Assembly: GCF_004010195.1 (NCBI RefSeq)
Contig: NC_057711.1
Span: forward strand, 70,787,018 to 70,851,017
Length of the DNA stretch: 64,000 nt
Origin: Chiloscyllium plagiosum
Lineage: Eukaryota
Direction: 5' to 3'
The translations under genes and the position numbers were made by a program. The notes under the pieces are model-generated. The model made no database searches. It was not told where the DNA came from and saw only the letters and a program-made list of their open reading frames with translations. Positions 1-13,729 of this stretch are shown here, piece after piece; within the stretch, counting starts at the first letter, position 1; each line of letters begins with the position of its first letter.

Positions 1-414
1 AGGCCTGCAGATGCTCCAAGCTGGGCTTTCCCAAGAGAGCCCACTCTCCCCTTTGCCAGGCATACTTTCATCCTCACTGGGCTAAGACCCTTCTGGGCAT
101 GCCAGGTTTCATTGCTGCGCACAAGGCTTCCTCCCTGACTACCGCCATGTTGCTGACCACCTGCTGCACCATCTTTCATTGCCAGCTGCTGCCTTGCAGC
201 TGCTGTCAATCAGGCTGACAATGGGTGTCAGCCTCTACAATGCTTTGTCACTGCCACTGCCTCCACAGACTCCAAACAGTAAGAAAGAAATGCAAACTAA
301 AACAAAACTGAGAAAGGAAGAATAAAAGGGGAAAGAAGAAAGGAAAGTGGGTGGAATGCATGAGATTGCTGACTCCACTGCCACCATCTTGGAGGTTGTG
401 CACTTTGATAGAAG

Positions 415-1815
415 GAATTAAAAAAAGCCAGTTGTTATCTCATGGAAGACAGATACTGAAAAAACTGCAGTTCAGAGGTATCTAGGTGTTTTGTGAAAAA
501 ACATAAACATTAGCAAGTAAATGCAGAAAATAATTAAAAAGGTAGATGGAACTTTGATCTTTATTGCTCGGGGCCTAGGGTTTAAAAACAAAAGTCTTGC
601 TCCAACTGTACGAGATGTTGCTGAGGCCATACATGGAGCACAGTGTACAGTTTTGATCCCCGTATTCAAAATAGGATTGTTATGAAGATGTGGATGTACT
701 GTACCTTTAAGCAAGTTAGAAGCTGGCAGAACTACCTGACACAGCACCAAGTGTTCTCAATAAGGTGACAATGTAATATTTGGTCGAAAGCTAGATTAGC
801 TGGGTTGCCTGGAAATGACAAAACATAATCAAATTACTCAAATCTATTTAAGTTATTCCCCAAAAATACCAAATTCCAATCAAGTTTGAATTCAATACAT
901 TGACAATCTTAAAAGCCAATGACACAATCCGATGTTTTGGGGGTATAAGACTGGGGAGAATTGAACAGTTGAGAGGAGAACTGCCACACCACCAGTATGT
1001 AGAGACTGCCCAAAAAATAGCTCTCTTAAAGGTACCTTTATTGAACCATGACTAGTGAAGCATAATCCCTAAAAAGAACAAAAGAAGTCACACAAGATCC
1101 AAATAGAAGATCCACCAGCCGGCTGGTTTGAAAAATTGAATTTTTCGTAAATCTTAATTGGGGAGTTTTATCGGACTAGTATTATAGAAGGGAAGGTAAA
1201 AGATAGGTCAGATGAAGAAGTTGGAAATAGTTGTTAGTTAATTATTCTCTGCTATACTTTAAGAAATAAGGTTGTTAATTTTTACTTTAAATAGTTCTTA
1301 GCCTCTCCAATTTTCACAGAGTACTGCACAGGATAAATTTTTTCTGTGTTGCTGATTTAAATTAAGCAGGAGAGTTTACCCCGTGTTGCAACAGGATCTA
1401 CTGGCTTTGGAGGCAATTCAAAAGAGATTCACTAGGCTAATTCCTTGGATGACTTTATCAAGAATGGCTAAACAAGCTAGGGTTTTATTTTGAGGGTGCT
1501 TAACAGGGTAGATGTTGAGAGGATGTTTCCACTCATGGGGGAATTTTGAATTAGGTAGCATAGTTACAGAAAAGGGGGATGCTCATTTAATGGACAAGGA
1601 ATTTCTATCCCATACAATAATGAATATCTGGAATTCTCAACTCCAGTAGACTATGGAGGCTAGATAACTGAGGAGGGAGATTAAAATATTAAGGAGTTGA
1701 GGGCTATGCTAAGCAGCCGCAAAAGAAGAGTTGAAGCCTGGATCAATCTTTTCAAATATAGGGCAGACATAGGGGCTGAATGGTCAACCCCTTTTCTTAT
1801 GTCTTGCATTCCTGT
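415..1815 (+). mobile_element. Decayed CR1-clade LINE 3' fragment, split by a solo LTR at 678-1393
   Basis: RT C-terminal-like sequence (VRPYMEHSVQF-type) stops at ...TAGGAT and resumes after the LTR as GGATCTACTGGCTTTGGAGGCAATTCAAAAGAGATTCAC; CR1-type 3' UTR near 1770-1810. Confidence 0.75.
678..1393 (+). mobile_element. Solo LTR (Gypsy-type), 716 bp
   Basis: TGTTA...CAACA termini; 4-bp TSD GGAT at 674-677 and 1394-1397; CCAAT (~926) and TATAAG (~945) boxes; interrupts a LINE cleanly. Confidence 0.85.
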
Positions 1816-2379
1816 GTAGACAAAAATAAGGAAGTGTCATGATTTGTGAAAATAGGAATTCATCTTTTAATTTGTGCTGTCAGATTAAGTTAAAAGATAG
1901 ACTGATGTAGATTTCTATGATTCCATTTTCTCATCCTGGTTCTGGATGCTATCAACAAATAGCTTACACAAACATTGTCAAAGTATCATGGGTGTCTTTT
2001 GACATAAGGTTTGAAGAATAAAGAAGAACAAGCTCAAATCAGTGTAATTGCAGAGCTCTAGATGTTTGCAGAATGTAACAACACATGTGGTGTCAAGTTG
2101 GATGAGATTATCATCAATTATCACTTCCATTTAGGTGAATACAATATTCCCTGAAAACAGAGTTAACATTGCAATGTGCAATTACCTTGTTCCTGTTGGA
2201 TTTAAGACGCAGCATGCTGCCTGTTTATTTGCATGGTGTAGCAGGTAGGCAGTCAGTCAGCACTAAATGTACTATTTGGCTGCATGAATCAGCAGAGGGT
2301 CCAAGATTGATATTTGCTCAAAACATTTAAAGCTAAACTACATCTCATAAAGGGAAGGTGCCATGAGCTGTTTTGGAGC

Positions 2380-2600
2380 CCATTGAGGAACTGAATCTGG
2401 GAGAGATGTGTGTCGAAGGCATTGTTAGAGGAACTGGAAAAAGAGTTTTCCTTTTTCCGCAGGTTATCAGGAGGCATTCCAGTACTGGGTGAAAAGGCCA
2501 TGGGAGTAGATAGCCAAGGAAATCAATGACAAAGTAATTTCTGAGGACCTGCCTGGATATAATGCTGTAAGTTTAATGACTTTATGTGAGTGACCAAAGC
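2380..2600 (+). pseudogene. Myb/SANT-like (NAIF1-like) Harbinger accessory gene remnant
   Basis: Frameshifted translation KALLEELEK / LFPQVIRR / KRPWE*IAKEIN / WI*CCKFNDF fits the W..IA..VN...W.QC.KKFNDL Myb/SANT-like pattern. Confidence 0.6.
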
Positions 2601-4869
2601 CAGAGAATGTAGTTTAATGCCCTATGTTAATTGCCAAACTAGTCTGAGCCACTCAAATCATCAAAACATAGTGAATTACTCATCCACAAATAAGCTCTCT
2701 TAATCAGAACTCCTAACTAAATTGCACACGTTTCACCTCAACCTCACATTTAGCACCGTTGCAAACTTCATATCCACTTCTTGTAGATCTACATAGTGTG
2801 GGCTATTTAACAATGGCAACCACATTGCACTCACTGATACTCTTCCCTTTGTCTAGCAAAACGCGTAAACCAGAGAATTCAGAGAGTTCCAATGAAATTA
2901 AGTAAATACTTACTCAGGAAAGGTTAGATTATTAAATACGTATTCCACCTCCTGGATAGCTATTCAATTGACTCTATATCTACCTCATTGCCTCCCCCAA
3001 CTACATCTCACTGAGGCTAATAGCACTCTTGAGAATCTTACCTTTCACCCCAGGACCAGACCAACTCGTTTTGCATCAGTGTCAATGATATGACCTCATG
3101 ATAAGACCTGTCCCTGGGTGCAGTTCTCCAATCTGCTCCCATCCCACATTAGATACCTCAAATTATTAAGCTCCCAGGTGAGAAGGAGTGATGTTCTTTA
3201 TTCACCTGCTCCCTTGCTTGGTCAGGAAAATATTAGTGTAATAAGTATCTCTTCCTTTATGGATATCATATTTTTCCCAAATGAAAGGAATTTAGGTTTT
3301 AAAATAAACTAATCTTGTTTTCTAACAGCGAGTTTTATTGCATTACTATTTCTCCTTATGGTTAGTAATCAACAGACAGGCGCAAAGATTAGGAATAAGA
3401 GGGAGTCCAAATAAAGGTAAAAGTTTAAGAAGTACATTACTTACCTGCCCCCACCCCTCCCCATCCCACCTTGCAACCTAGAGCCTACAGCTCTCTGAGC
3501 TATTCATGAAGAATAGATAGAACGTTATGGCCATCACAGTGGTTGACATTAGTATTGGAAAAGCCAATTTCAAGATACTTGGCTGGTAGGTTGCTTGAAC
3601 TTCCATGTTTCGGTTCATTTTGATAGCCACCTGGCAGCACAGAGAAAAAGACACTGTCTTTCCTTTACCTAAAATGCAGGAGTATTTAATGATTGCTCGT
3701 CTTTGCAGCACATCAGTCCACACAGTACGTTGTCAGGCCACTAACGCACTCAGACCATGGCTGAGACTTGCATTTAAACCCCATTTTTAAAATATCTCCA
3801 AAAGAGTAAAGCACAAAGGTGTCTGCAAGAATGTCTTGCTGTCAGAAATCTGCCCTGTGGTTGACTCTGTTCACTTGGAAGACTTGGGTACTCACCCTCC
3901 CAGCTTAGAGTGACAGGCCCACTGAGAGTCTCCTGCCAAAATGCAGGCCCACCCTCCTCAACTTGTACTGCTGCAGATTTGGAATCCCAGGCAGGAGGAG
4001 GTGGAGTTGCAAAATGTGTCCTGAGACCAGGCTTCTCAGGTACCCACTTGTCTCACAGAGTAAGAGGCATCAGGAATGAGGTAGAGGGCCCTCACTGTGC
4101 ATTGACGATGAATATTCATGGTTAAAATGTTGGAATGCATGGTAATAGACATTTCTGGCAACCACTGACCATTCAGCTGTACCCGGGTCAACAAGGCAGT
4201 CACCAACCTTTCCATGGATACAGCTAGATGCTAACATGCTAGAGGTACCACAATACTGACAAGATTGACCTCATTTTCTAAACAACCTATTCAGAGATGT
4301 TATTGCATCTCTGGAGCAATGGGACTTGAACTTTGGGCACTACCACTGTGCCACAAGAGGGCACTTAGGATAGTTCTGATCAATCACCACCTGGGCTATG
4401 GGCTGAGCATGCTTCCAGGGAATGTTGAATGACATCTCAATGTTTCATCCTCTAGCACGTCTCCCTGATGTTCCTGTCCTCTCTCTGCAGATTGAACATG
4501 TTGACTATGGTGTAGAATGGGGGCATGCCCCGCCATCTGGTTCTGAACAGGTGCCTGGTCTCCAGCAGTGCTCTGGCAACCAGAAACCTTGGATGCTTTT
4601 CCTTCTACCAGCTGTAGGGATATATCAGTGATGTGCTCACCAGATTTCTCCAGCCAAAGTCTAACCTAGACGGAGCACCCCCGAGGGGGAAATTCTCTGG
4701 ATTGATGGAGGGTGCAAGTCACTGTCTCGCTGGGATGTCCTCTGAAGGGTTCACAGGCTTTTAGCTCAGAGCTGGAGCTAATGTCAATGGATTCGGACTG
4801 TGGGACCTTTTCCTTTTTGGAGGTTCTCTGAGGTATCACTAGTGTCTACACAATAGACAAGAAGCAATT

Positions 4870-5577
4870 AAAAGGAGAAGGTGGTTTAAACCTTGAGAGG
4901 AATGAGTTCATGCTGGTGGTAGTTAGAGTGGGACGTAGCATGAGATCTTATTGGTTTGATTGCCCATTGCTGTATCCTCATCACAATGAGACCAATCTTT
5001 CTTATTCAGCCATCTCTACTGTCTTTTCCTTCATAGGCCACAAGACACCTGTCGTCTACAGCACCTCCACCTCCCTTCCCTGTCAATCCTGAACTTCTTG
5101 GCTTGGTTGTGGGCCAGTCTTTCCTACAGTAGGTGAAAAAGAAAGGATGGAGCATGATGAAGTGGAAGTGAGAGCATTTAAAAATTACATATGAACAGGA
5201 GAAATGATGAGATGACCCAATGAGTGAGTAGGAAATACAGAAAGCTGGAAAGATTGAGTTGTACTAGAGGAATGCTCCTCTATGGCGGAGCTAAAGAGAA
5301 TAATGGCCCTGGGAGTATAAGTAGCAGAGAGAAAATGGTACCTTTTGCCCTTGTGGAGAGCACAGGATCATTGATCTTTTTGTAGCACATTTGAGCATCA
5401 CTTTCCACAATGAGAGCAACACTGACCTGTGTTGCTATCTCGGCCCAGACAGACTGGGCATAGCATTTTGTTGCAGTCAGTGGGAAGAGGACTGACATTC
5501 TCTCCATCTCTCCAACCACTAGCGGCTCAAGCTTCCTCCATGAAATGGGGAGCATGCTCGTCTTCCTTCTGCACCAT
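4870..5577 (-). pseudogene. Spliced Myb/SANT-like (NAIF1-like) Harbinger accessory gene remnant
   Basis: ORF 5280-5555 reads LEPLVVGEMERMSVLFP...VWAEIATQVS...QMCYKKIND; a polypyrimidine tract plus AG at 5125-5124 is followed by ERLAHNQAKK as a second exon. Confidence 0.7.
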
Positions 5578-5974
5578 GTGTTGAAAGTTGAGACATGTGC
5601 ACCACAGTGTGAGGATCATTACCTGGACTGCAGCATCTGAAGTGGTAGCCACTGGGTTTTAAATACGGTGTGAGAGCCTTGGGAGCCAGAGGTCCTGGTG
5701 GAGCTCACAACTTGCTTGCTATGGGAATTGCCCAATACCTTGTTTCTGTATATAAATTAGGTAAAAAGAACAGTTTACTCAGATTTACACAATGAGTGTT
5801 ACTAACTCATATAGTAGTTAGTAAAAGGAAATTGGATTCAAGAATCTGTCTTGCCATATCTGTGTAAAATAACTGTGAAATTATGTTGCATACCTGACTT
5901 CTTTTGACATTTTATCTATTCACTCTATTGGGTTGTTTTTTTAAATCCATTTGGAATTTTCCATGATATTGGAA

Positions 5975-6380
5975 AGAGGGAGGTGCAATAAGACTTGGGT
6001 GTCCTTGTACTTCAGTTGCTGAAGATATCCACACAGTTACAGCAGGTGGTGAGGAAGGCAAATGGTATATTTGCCTTCACAGTGAGAGGATTTGAGTGCA
6101 GGAGGAGGGATGTCTTGCTGCAATTGCACAAGATCTTGGTGACACCACACCTTGAGTATTGCATGCAGTTTAGGTCTCCCTTTTTGAGGAGGGATATTCT
6201 GGCTATGGAGGGAGTGCCTCCAGACTGATTCCTGGAATGGAAGGACTGATTAGAAAGACTGGATTAGTTATGCCAGTACTCACTGCAGTTTAAATGAGTG
6301 AAGAAGTTATGTTGAATAGCAGAGCAGGCTCAAAGGGCCAAATAACCTACTCCTGCAACTTTTTTTAACGCTTCTATGTT
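5975..6380 (+). mobile_element. CR1-clade LINE 3' fragment
   Basis: ORF 5995-6228 KANGIFAF...LVTPHLEYCMQF is RT C-terminal sequence; 3' UTR GGCTCAAAGGGCCAAATAACCTACTCCTG. Confidence 0.8.
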
Positions 6381-6942
6381 TGCTGTATGGTTATATCACA
6401 GTTCCTGAAGAAGATTACATTGAAAGTATTAGGACTGTTGAACTGTTATACACATAAAGCAGCTTATCTATTTTAATGATTCTCATGGCAATAGATACAT
6501 ATGAAACTTGGAATTGGTATTTCTGTCATACAGTGACCCTTTTATCTACATTTTGTTACAGAGGTAATAGAATGGTGTCGGAAGCTATTGAACACATTTA
6601 CAAAGGAAAAACAGCTATTGGTCTACATTGGTCTACATCTAAGTGAAGTATTCTTGAGCACATTGAACTTTAGTGAGCATGGGACTGCAAGGAATTCTAA
6701 TGTCAGTGGAAGCAGCAAAAATAACAAGTACTGTTTTAGTATAAAAGATGCTGGACCAATTACTTTGTCAGCAGTACAATACATGCCCCATACTCGACCT
6801 TCCAATTGCTCTGAAAACACATCTATTATTGGGGATGGATTGTTAATAAATATTTTTTAAAAAGGGTATTTAAAACCAGACAGTAAACATATAATACTAT
6901 AAACATTTTTATTTCTCCTTTTTCAAATATTCTTTGGCAGAT

Positions 6943-7591
6943 TGTGGCCATAGTTTGGCTTTAAGAGGTGTAATTTGTCTTTTTTATTTATGATAAACGG
7001 TTGAGATTGAAGTACTGAGCAGTCTGGTCAAAGCCAATAGAGTAAACAGCTTATGAGGCCTTGGGTTTTTCAAAAAGTTGGAACAATAGAAGCAGCCTGA
7101 ATGGGTGGGGTCAAGCTCCAACAGAACCAGGACTTCTAGTTTTAGCTTTCAGCAATTGCTGGGGTCTTGAAGCTGGATGTGGAAACTCTTATTCCCCTCT
7201 GCTACAGCTAAAAGCTGGGGTTCCCTTCTTGCAACTAGAATTGAATGTGAGACAATCTACTTTACTGAATTTGCCTTTACCAAGGGTGTGTTTATGAAAT
7301 GTTACTATATTGGACCAATTAAACAGTAATAGTTAATGTATTTATTCTTTTGTTCAGCATTTCATTAGAGTTGCAGTTAAGCCAATTCTTTTATTTTAAT
7401 TTTGTTTTGCCTGTATTTTAGCTGTAGTGTGAAGATAAATTGTGCTATGCTTAAAGTGAAGTAATTTGACCAATTGAATTTCATATGGAACACAACGCTT
7501 TACAAAAATACTTATCTTTAAAATAAGAAAAAGTTAGGGTCCATGCTATCTTGTTAATATATTTTGAGGGGCTTTGATCTGGTCCATAACA
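6943..7591 (+). mobile_element. Solo LTR, 649 bp
   Basis: TGT...ATAACA termini flanked by 4-bp TSD AGAT at 6939-6942 and 7592-7595. Confidence 0.75.
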
Positions 7592-8384
7592 AGATATTTA
7601 TTTAGGAACACAATTAGGTTTTACATTGTAGTCTTTGCGAAAATATCAACAAACGTCTTCTGTTTGAAAGCTGAGTCATTTTCTTTCCTAAAATTGATTT
7701 CAGTTAATTGATCTGGAGCTATGATACTATAAAACATGGATAGAAAAGCTTTTAGACATGGAGAGAATGACCTGTGTATACATATCTGTTTATTTATATG
7801 CTTTAGCAGATGGTCATTGTAATGAAGATGTTAATCAGTTTATCTCTCATTAGTGCTAGCATCATTGTTCAATTTTAATAATGTGAATTAAATAACAAGA
7901 TACAACAGATATTGATTAAGGGTAAAGCCTATGGCATAGTCTTATTGGATTGTTTATAGAGGAACATTGGAAATTGAGAGATGTGGAGGTAATCAGCTAA
8001 CTGCTCAAGGTAATGTTATTGATAGATGAAGCAAACTATTTCCTTCAGCAGGCATCCTTTGATTCTTAACCTTGTTATTCTATAGGAAAGTTTTGAGCTC
8101 AGCAACTCAATCTATTTCAAAATCGTAGGATTTTGCAATATGTAAATAGGTCATTGTCATTATTCATTCATAAGATGTGGGCCTCACTGGCTGGACCAAT
8201 ATTTATTACCCATCTCATCATTAAGTCTGTGGCTGTATTTGACTTGCTCTTTCTACCCTTCAATATTGCTTTTTCTCTCAATATTTCCTTCATGTCCCTA
8301 GTTTTTTAAGTCCTACATTTTACTTGTCATCCATGGTAGTATCCTAATCCAATCTGTACATTTTCCATTGTATATAAAGTAAAG

Positions 8385-8588
8385 ATGTCCAGAGGACCAT
8401 AGGGCTGCTCTCATTAGAGAGAGATGACTGATGGTGGTTTCACCTGAGGATCACTACACCTAAGGTGAGGGGATAGATCAAGAAAGAGAGTCCTTCGTGG
8501 TGATCTCAACTGGTGCTGGAATTGAACCCATGCTATTGGCATCATGCTCCATCACAAAACAGCTATTCAGCCAACTGAGCTATTGGCC
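8385..8588 (-). mobile_element. tRNA-derived SINE
   Basis: Minus strand A box TAGCTCAGTTGG and B box GGTTCAATTCC. Confidence 0.65.
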
Positions 8589-9917
8589 TTATGTGTATAG
8601 TACTCCTAACACAGGATGTCTAAAACTGAAACAATGCTTTAATTGTGACCTAATGTGTGCAAGTTACAGATTATCTCCTTACTTATTATCCGAACCTCCT
8701 GCCTTTGGACCGCCATTCAACATGATATTTCTGCAACTCCTTGGCCATACCCTAGCATTCTTTTTGAAGTCAATTGTCTGCTTAAAAAAAACAGACAGGG
8801 GGTTGGAACTCAATGTTACAAGACATGCATACCTGCTGGGTACAGTACATAAACAGGTTTGTAAAGTATTTTGATTTTGTTAATTAGTTCATGGGAAGGA
8901 TCTTTTTTATAGTTTGATATTTTGGTTGATTATTGTATAGTTTTTAATCTCCCCATTTTTAAGTCCACAGACCAATAACTAAAACAAGTCTTCATCACAG
9001 TGAATGATGAATAAATTAATCATCTGTAGGCCATTAGTGAGTACCTAGACGATTTTGTCCGACTGCAAAACCCTGAAGATAGGGAACATGTGATCCTGTA
9101 GAAAATTCCATTCAAACTTTCTTATGGTGAAGTAACAAATGCTGTGTCATTATAGTGAGATGTATTGATGCTGGCATATGAAATACCCTTATATTTTTTT
9201 CTCTCTGCCAAATTGACAACACATATAATCGTAAGGAGAAACTTGCTTCACTAAACATTTTGCTTAGTCCCAGAAAATAAAGCCCATTTTCCCGCTTGCC
9301 AAGTGTTTATGGTTAGTGAAATGGCCAGTCCATGCAAGAGTGGATGGCAAAATGCATGTGTATCTCAATGAACCATACAGCACAATTCTGCAATGAAATA
9401 AACATTTTCTCTAATCTCACCTCATCTGGGAAAAGAACAGTTCAGACTACCTCAACAATCGTCTCTTGCCAACACAGATTTAGAGCATTAGTTAGAAATA
9501 GAATCTTAACTTGAATCCAACGAGATTTGTTTGTTGCACCAATATCACATGTTGAACTAGGCATTAAAATGCTCAGATTTCTAAGGGTTTTATTGTAAAT
9601 CTGTAATTTATTTCCTACTTCAGTTGCCACCTTTCCCTTCTAACCTTTCCTGTGCCTAGAAGCCAATCCATACTGGGGAAGAGCTCTGCTCTTCTGTTTA
9701 TTATTTTCTTAAGCCATCAGCAATTAAACAAAACACCCAATTAACAAATTATTATAAGCACTGGCCATTGAGGGCAGAATTTAACTTTTTATAAAATATT
9801 TTGAACCCACCATCTAATTACTCAATCACCTAATTAAACAAATGACTAACACTGTCCATCAGAGGATGTCTAGCAATAACAAGAATCAATAAAGTGTATT
9901 TATTGTGTACCGATTAA

Positions 9918-9997
9918 GGATGATCAGCCATGATCATATTGAATGGTGGTGCAGGCTCGAAGGGCAGAATGGCCTACTCCTGCACCTATTGTCTATT
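9918..9997 (+). mobile_element. CR1-clade LINE 3' tail (extreme 5' truncation)
   Basis: GATCAGCCATGATCATATTGAATGG...GGCTCGAAGGGCAGAATGGCCTACTCCTG, homologous to the tails at ~6330, ~45520 and ~62510. Confidence 0.75.
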
Positions 9998-10269
9998 TAA
10001 AAAGGTGGTAAATCAAAATGGTGCTGATGAGGAAAGTAATGCTCCCAGTGTTATGTAAAATAAAACATCGGCTAATTAAACAAATAAATGACATTGCCCA
10101 CCAAGGGTTTTGTTTTTTAATTAATTTGTTCAGATATATTATGACACACCTCTGGAGCATTTGGGACAAAGATAGGAACACTACCATTCCACCACAAAGC
10201 CTATAATTCTGGTCTTATAAACAACTTCCTACCAGTAAAAAATACTGGCATTTACCCAAGAAGTTGCCC

Positions 10270-11070
10270 AGTTATTTCCTGTCCACACAAATCAGGGTTA
10301 ATCTGTCCTGGTCAATTACCAGCCCATCAGTCTACTCTCGATCATCAGCAAACTGATGGAAGAAGTTGTAGACAGTGTTACCAAACAGCCACTCGCAAAG
10401 GTAAACCCTGCTCAATGATTCTGTTTGTGTCCTGCCAGGGCCGACCTGTCCCTGACCTCCTTCAAGCCTTAATTTAACCACGGAAAACAAAGCTGAATTC
10501 CAGAGGTGAAGTGAGTGACTGCCCTTGACATTAAGGTTGCATTGACTAAATCAAGTAGCCAAAGAAAATCTGGAGTCAATGGGAATCAAGGCGAAAGCTC
10601 TTCACTGGTTGGATGCATACCTAGTACAAACAAAAATGGTTTTGATTATTGAATGTCAGTCATCCCAGCTGCAGGATATCAATATCGGAGATCCTCAGGG
10701 GAGTGACTCAACCATCATCAGCTGTTTCATTGATGACATTCATTTCACCATAAGGTCAGAAGTGGGGATGTTTGCTGATGATTATAAAATGTTTAACACC
10801 ATTTGCGACTTCTCAGACATTGAAACAGTTCATGTCCAAGCATAGAAACATCTAGACAAATTTCAGGCTTGGGCTGCAAAGTGGCAAGTAACATTCAGAC
10901 TCCAAAAATATCAGCAATAAGCATCATAGACAAAAGAGAATCTAACCATCAACCCTTGATATTCAATGACATTTCCTACACTGAATCCTCCTCTATTAGT
11001 GCCCTTGTGGTTATCATTGACCATAAACTCAACTGGATTAACCATACAAATACAATGTTTGCCTTTGCAA
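10270..11070 (+). mobile_element. Old CR1/L2-group LINE RT fragment
   Basis: NYQPISLLSIISKLME, ALDIKVA, GDPQGS and FADD RT motifs with frameshifts. Confidence 0.8.
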
Positions 11071-12619
11071 TGGCCCAGGATTGATATATAAGGTTATAAA
11101 TCTGAAAAAATTGATATTGAAATTGCATTAAGTTCTACCCAAACTGATGATGTCACACAGTCTTTGGACAGAGAATTGAGCAGTCTTACACACGAACACT
11201 ATGAGGTCAGGATTACATTCCTGGCTCCTCATAGTCAGTGAGTAATTTGACCTAGTTGGTCAATGTAACATGTACCTGTTGCTATCATGTAGTAAACTAC
11301 CTTTTGTTCAGTCAGACAAATGCCTCTTCAAGTTAAGTCTCACCAGTGGTCCATTCTCTACCATTAATAGTTATACAGACTGTTAAACTCAGTATAGAAA
11401 GAAAGTAGCACTATACAATAACCACCCAGAATCCAAAATTAACCCTCTGAAGCTTTTCCTCGTTATTGTCCTGGTCACCATTCTCACTAACTCTAGGTCA
11501 CCCTCTGCAAGTTCTTTCACAGCTGTAACAGAGGTAGAAGATAGCCCAGGTTTATTTGACCCTCATTTCAGCCTGAAGTGACTTTTGAAAAAATGCAGGT
11601 CAGCATACGCTTTGAGGCCCCCACTCCTGTGGAGAGCATTTATTTTTCAATGGAAAATCCTATATTTAGCATTGGACTTACTCTGACCTACACCTATTGC
11701 ACCATGACCAATACCATCCAGGAGGACAGCTGTTGAGATCACATCTTGTTGAGGCAGACTTGAGCATGGACATTGGGACAGTGACACTAGAAATGGAAGC
11801 GATAAGATTGCAGGCTTCCTAAATCACCATTGATCTTCCTACCATCATCCTTTAGTCTTAGTCCAATACCCTTGCCTTTCCCTCAGTTAAATTCCACTCA
11901 TCCCCTCATGATAGATGAGCATCTATTGGGACACTTTAAAACTGACCCTCCAACAAAGTGACACATTCTCCTGCCATTGTTCATCCTTGGCAGTGCCTTT
12001 ATCACCCTTAAGCTTCTCACAGTTACCCTGTTGTCTTACGACTTCTGGAATAGGAGTTATTCATCAATACACCTTCACCCTCACCTGGTCTTAGATTGAC
12101 TGCGGCCTACATATCCGCCATCAATACTGTTGTATTTCAAGCAGAGAACATGCCTAGCCAGGGTTTCTACTGACTCATAATTAGGGTGTCCCTTTAATTG
12201 GTCAACCTGTTCACAAATAACTCCAACAATGTCCCACCTCCCACTTCAAGAACTTGCTTATCCACCTTCTACTCTCCCTCCTGTTGCTTATTAACTCCAC
12301 CCCCCCAACCATTCCACCACCATTGGCCCACCCAATTTAGCTATTCATTCCTCCACCCATTACCCTTGATTATATAACTAAAACCTTCCACACTGTCAAA
12401 AGCAATCCAATTTGCCACATGGGATGAACTTTGCAACCAGAACTGACTTCTTATCCAATTTTCTTGGAGATATTCTTTTGACTATGACTTAATCCATTAA
12501 TCCAATGACTACTAACATGGTTGGAACACACCAGGCTCAAGGAGGAGAAGGTGCCATTTACAACATTGTTTCTTTTCTTTGTGGCAGGAAATCTCCACAA
12601 GACTGATTGGGCAGCGTTG

Positions 12620-13100
12620 ACACCAATCTGTGGAGAGAGAGAGAAACAAAGTTAATATTTTGAGTCGACTGTCACTTATTTAGAAATTACATTCATTAGC
12701 ACCTGAAAGGAAGAGAAAATGTTTCTTGCGAGGGATTGGATAAGACAAATTCTGAATTGGAACTGAGGACCAGGGCAGCTTTGAAACAGTGTAAAGTAGT
12801 TCTGATGGAGGAGTCCAGAGTGTGCTTGTGGCAGCGCTGAGTCTGAATCTTAGGCTAGGGCAAGACCAGCTGTCCAAGGAGCATTGTATGTCACGAGTGG
12901 ATTTGAAAGAAGATGAATGAAACTTCATCTGGATGCTATTCTGGGTGAGTCAGAGCCAGAATAATCTCCTAGGGAGATGTGGCTCTGAAAGTAAGTTTTG
13001 GTAAACATTTTATCAGACACTAGGAGGGCTGTAGATAGCATTGAAGATGAGCAAGATGAAAGCTTCAAATAGAAAGAGACAAGAGCAGAACTTCTTCAAA
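12620..13100 (-). mobile_element. Old Penelope-like element, ORF N-terminal remnant plus decayed pLTR
   Basis: Minus translation LVSDKMFTKTYFQSHIS / KFHSSSF resembles PLE ORF N-termini; pLTR-like piece at 12625-12685. Confidence 0.45.
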
Positions 13101-13212
13101 CTGTGCATCCCTGGAAGAGAAAGTGAGGACTGCAGATGCTGGAGATCAGAGCTGAAAATGTGTTGCTGGAAAAGCGCAGCAGGTCAGGCAGCATCCAAGG
13201 AGCAAGAGAATC

Positions 13213-13240
13213 GACGTTTCGGGCATGAACCCTTCTTCAG
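13213..13240 (-). ncRNA. Minimal type I hammerhead ribozyme motif (family A)
   Basis: Minus strand CTGAAGA-A-GGGT-TCAT-GCCC-GAAACGTC. Confidence 0.75.
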
Positions 13241-13701
13241 GAATGAGGAAAGTGTGCCAAGCAGGCTAAGATAAAAGGTAGGGAGGAGGGACTTGGGGGA
13301 AGGGCGTTGGAAATGCGATAGGTAGAAGGAGGTTAAGGTGAGGGTGATAAGGTGAGGGTGATAGGAGGTCCTTGGACTCCTCCATCGCCAGACCATGGCT
13401 ACACGACGGTTGGAAGAAGAGCACCTCATCTTCTGTCTAGGAACCCTCCAACCACAAGGGATGAACTCAGATTTCTCCAGTTTCCTCATTTCCCCTCCCC
13501 CACCTTGTCTCAGCCAAATCCCTCTAACTCAGCATCGTCTTCCTAACCTGCAATCTTCTTCCTGACCTCTCCGCCCTCACCCCACTCCGGCCTACCACCC
13601 TCACCTTGACCTCCCTCCACCTATCGCCTTTCCAACGCCCCTCCCCCAAGTCCCTCAACCCTACCTTTTATCTTAGCCTGCTGGACACACTTTCCTCATT
13701 C

Positions 13702-13729
13702 CTGAAGAAGGGCTTATGTCCGAAACGTC
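13702..13729 (+). ncRNA. Minimal type I hammerhead ribozyme motif (family A)
   Basis: CTGAAGA-A-GGGC-TTAT-GTCC-GAAACGTC. Confidence 0.75.
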
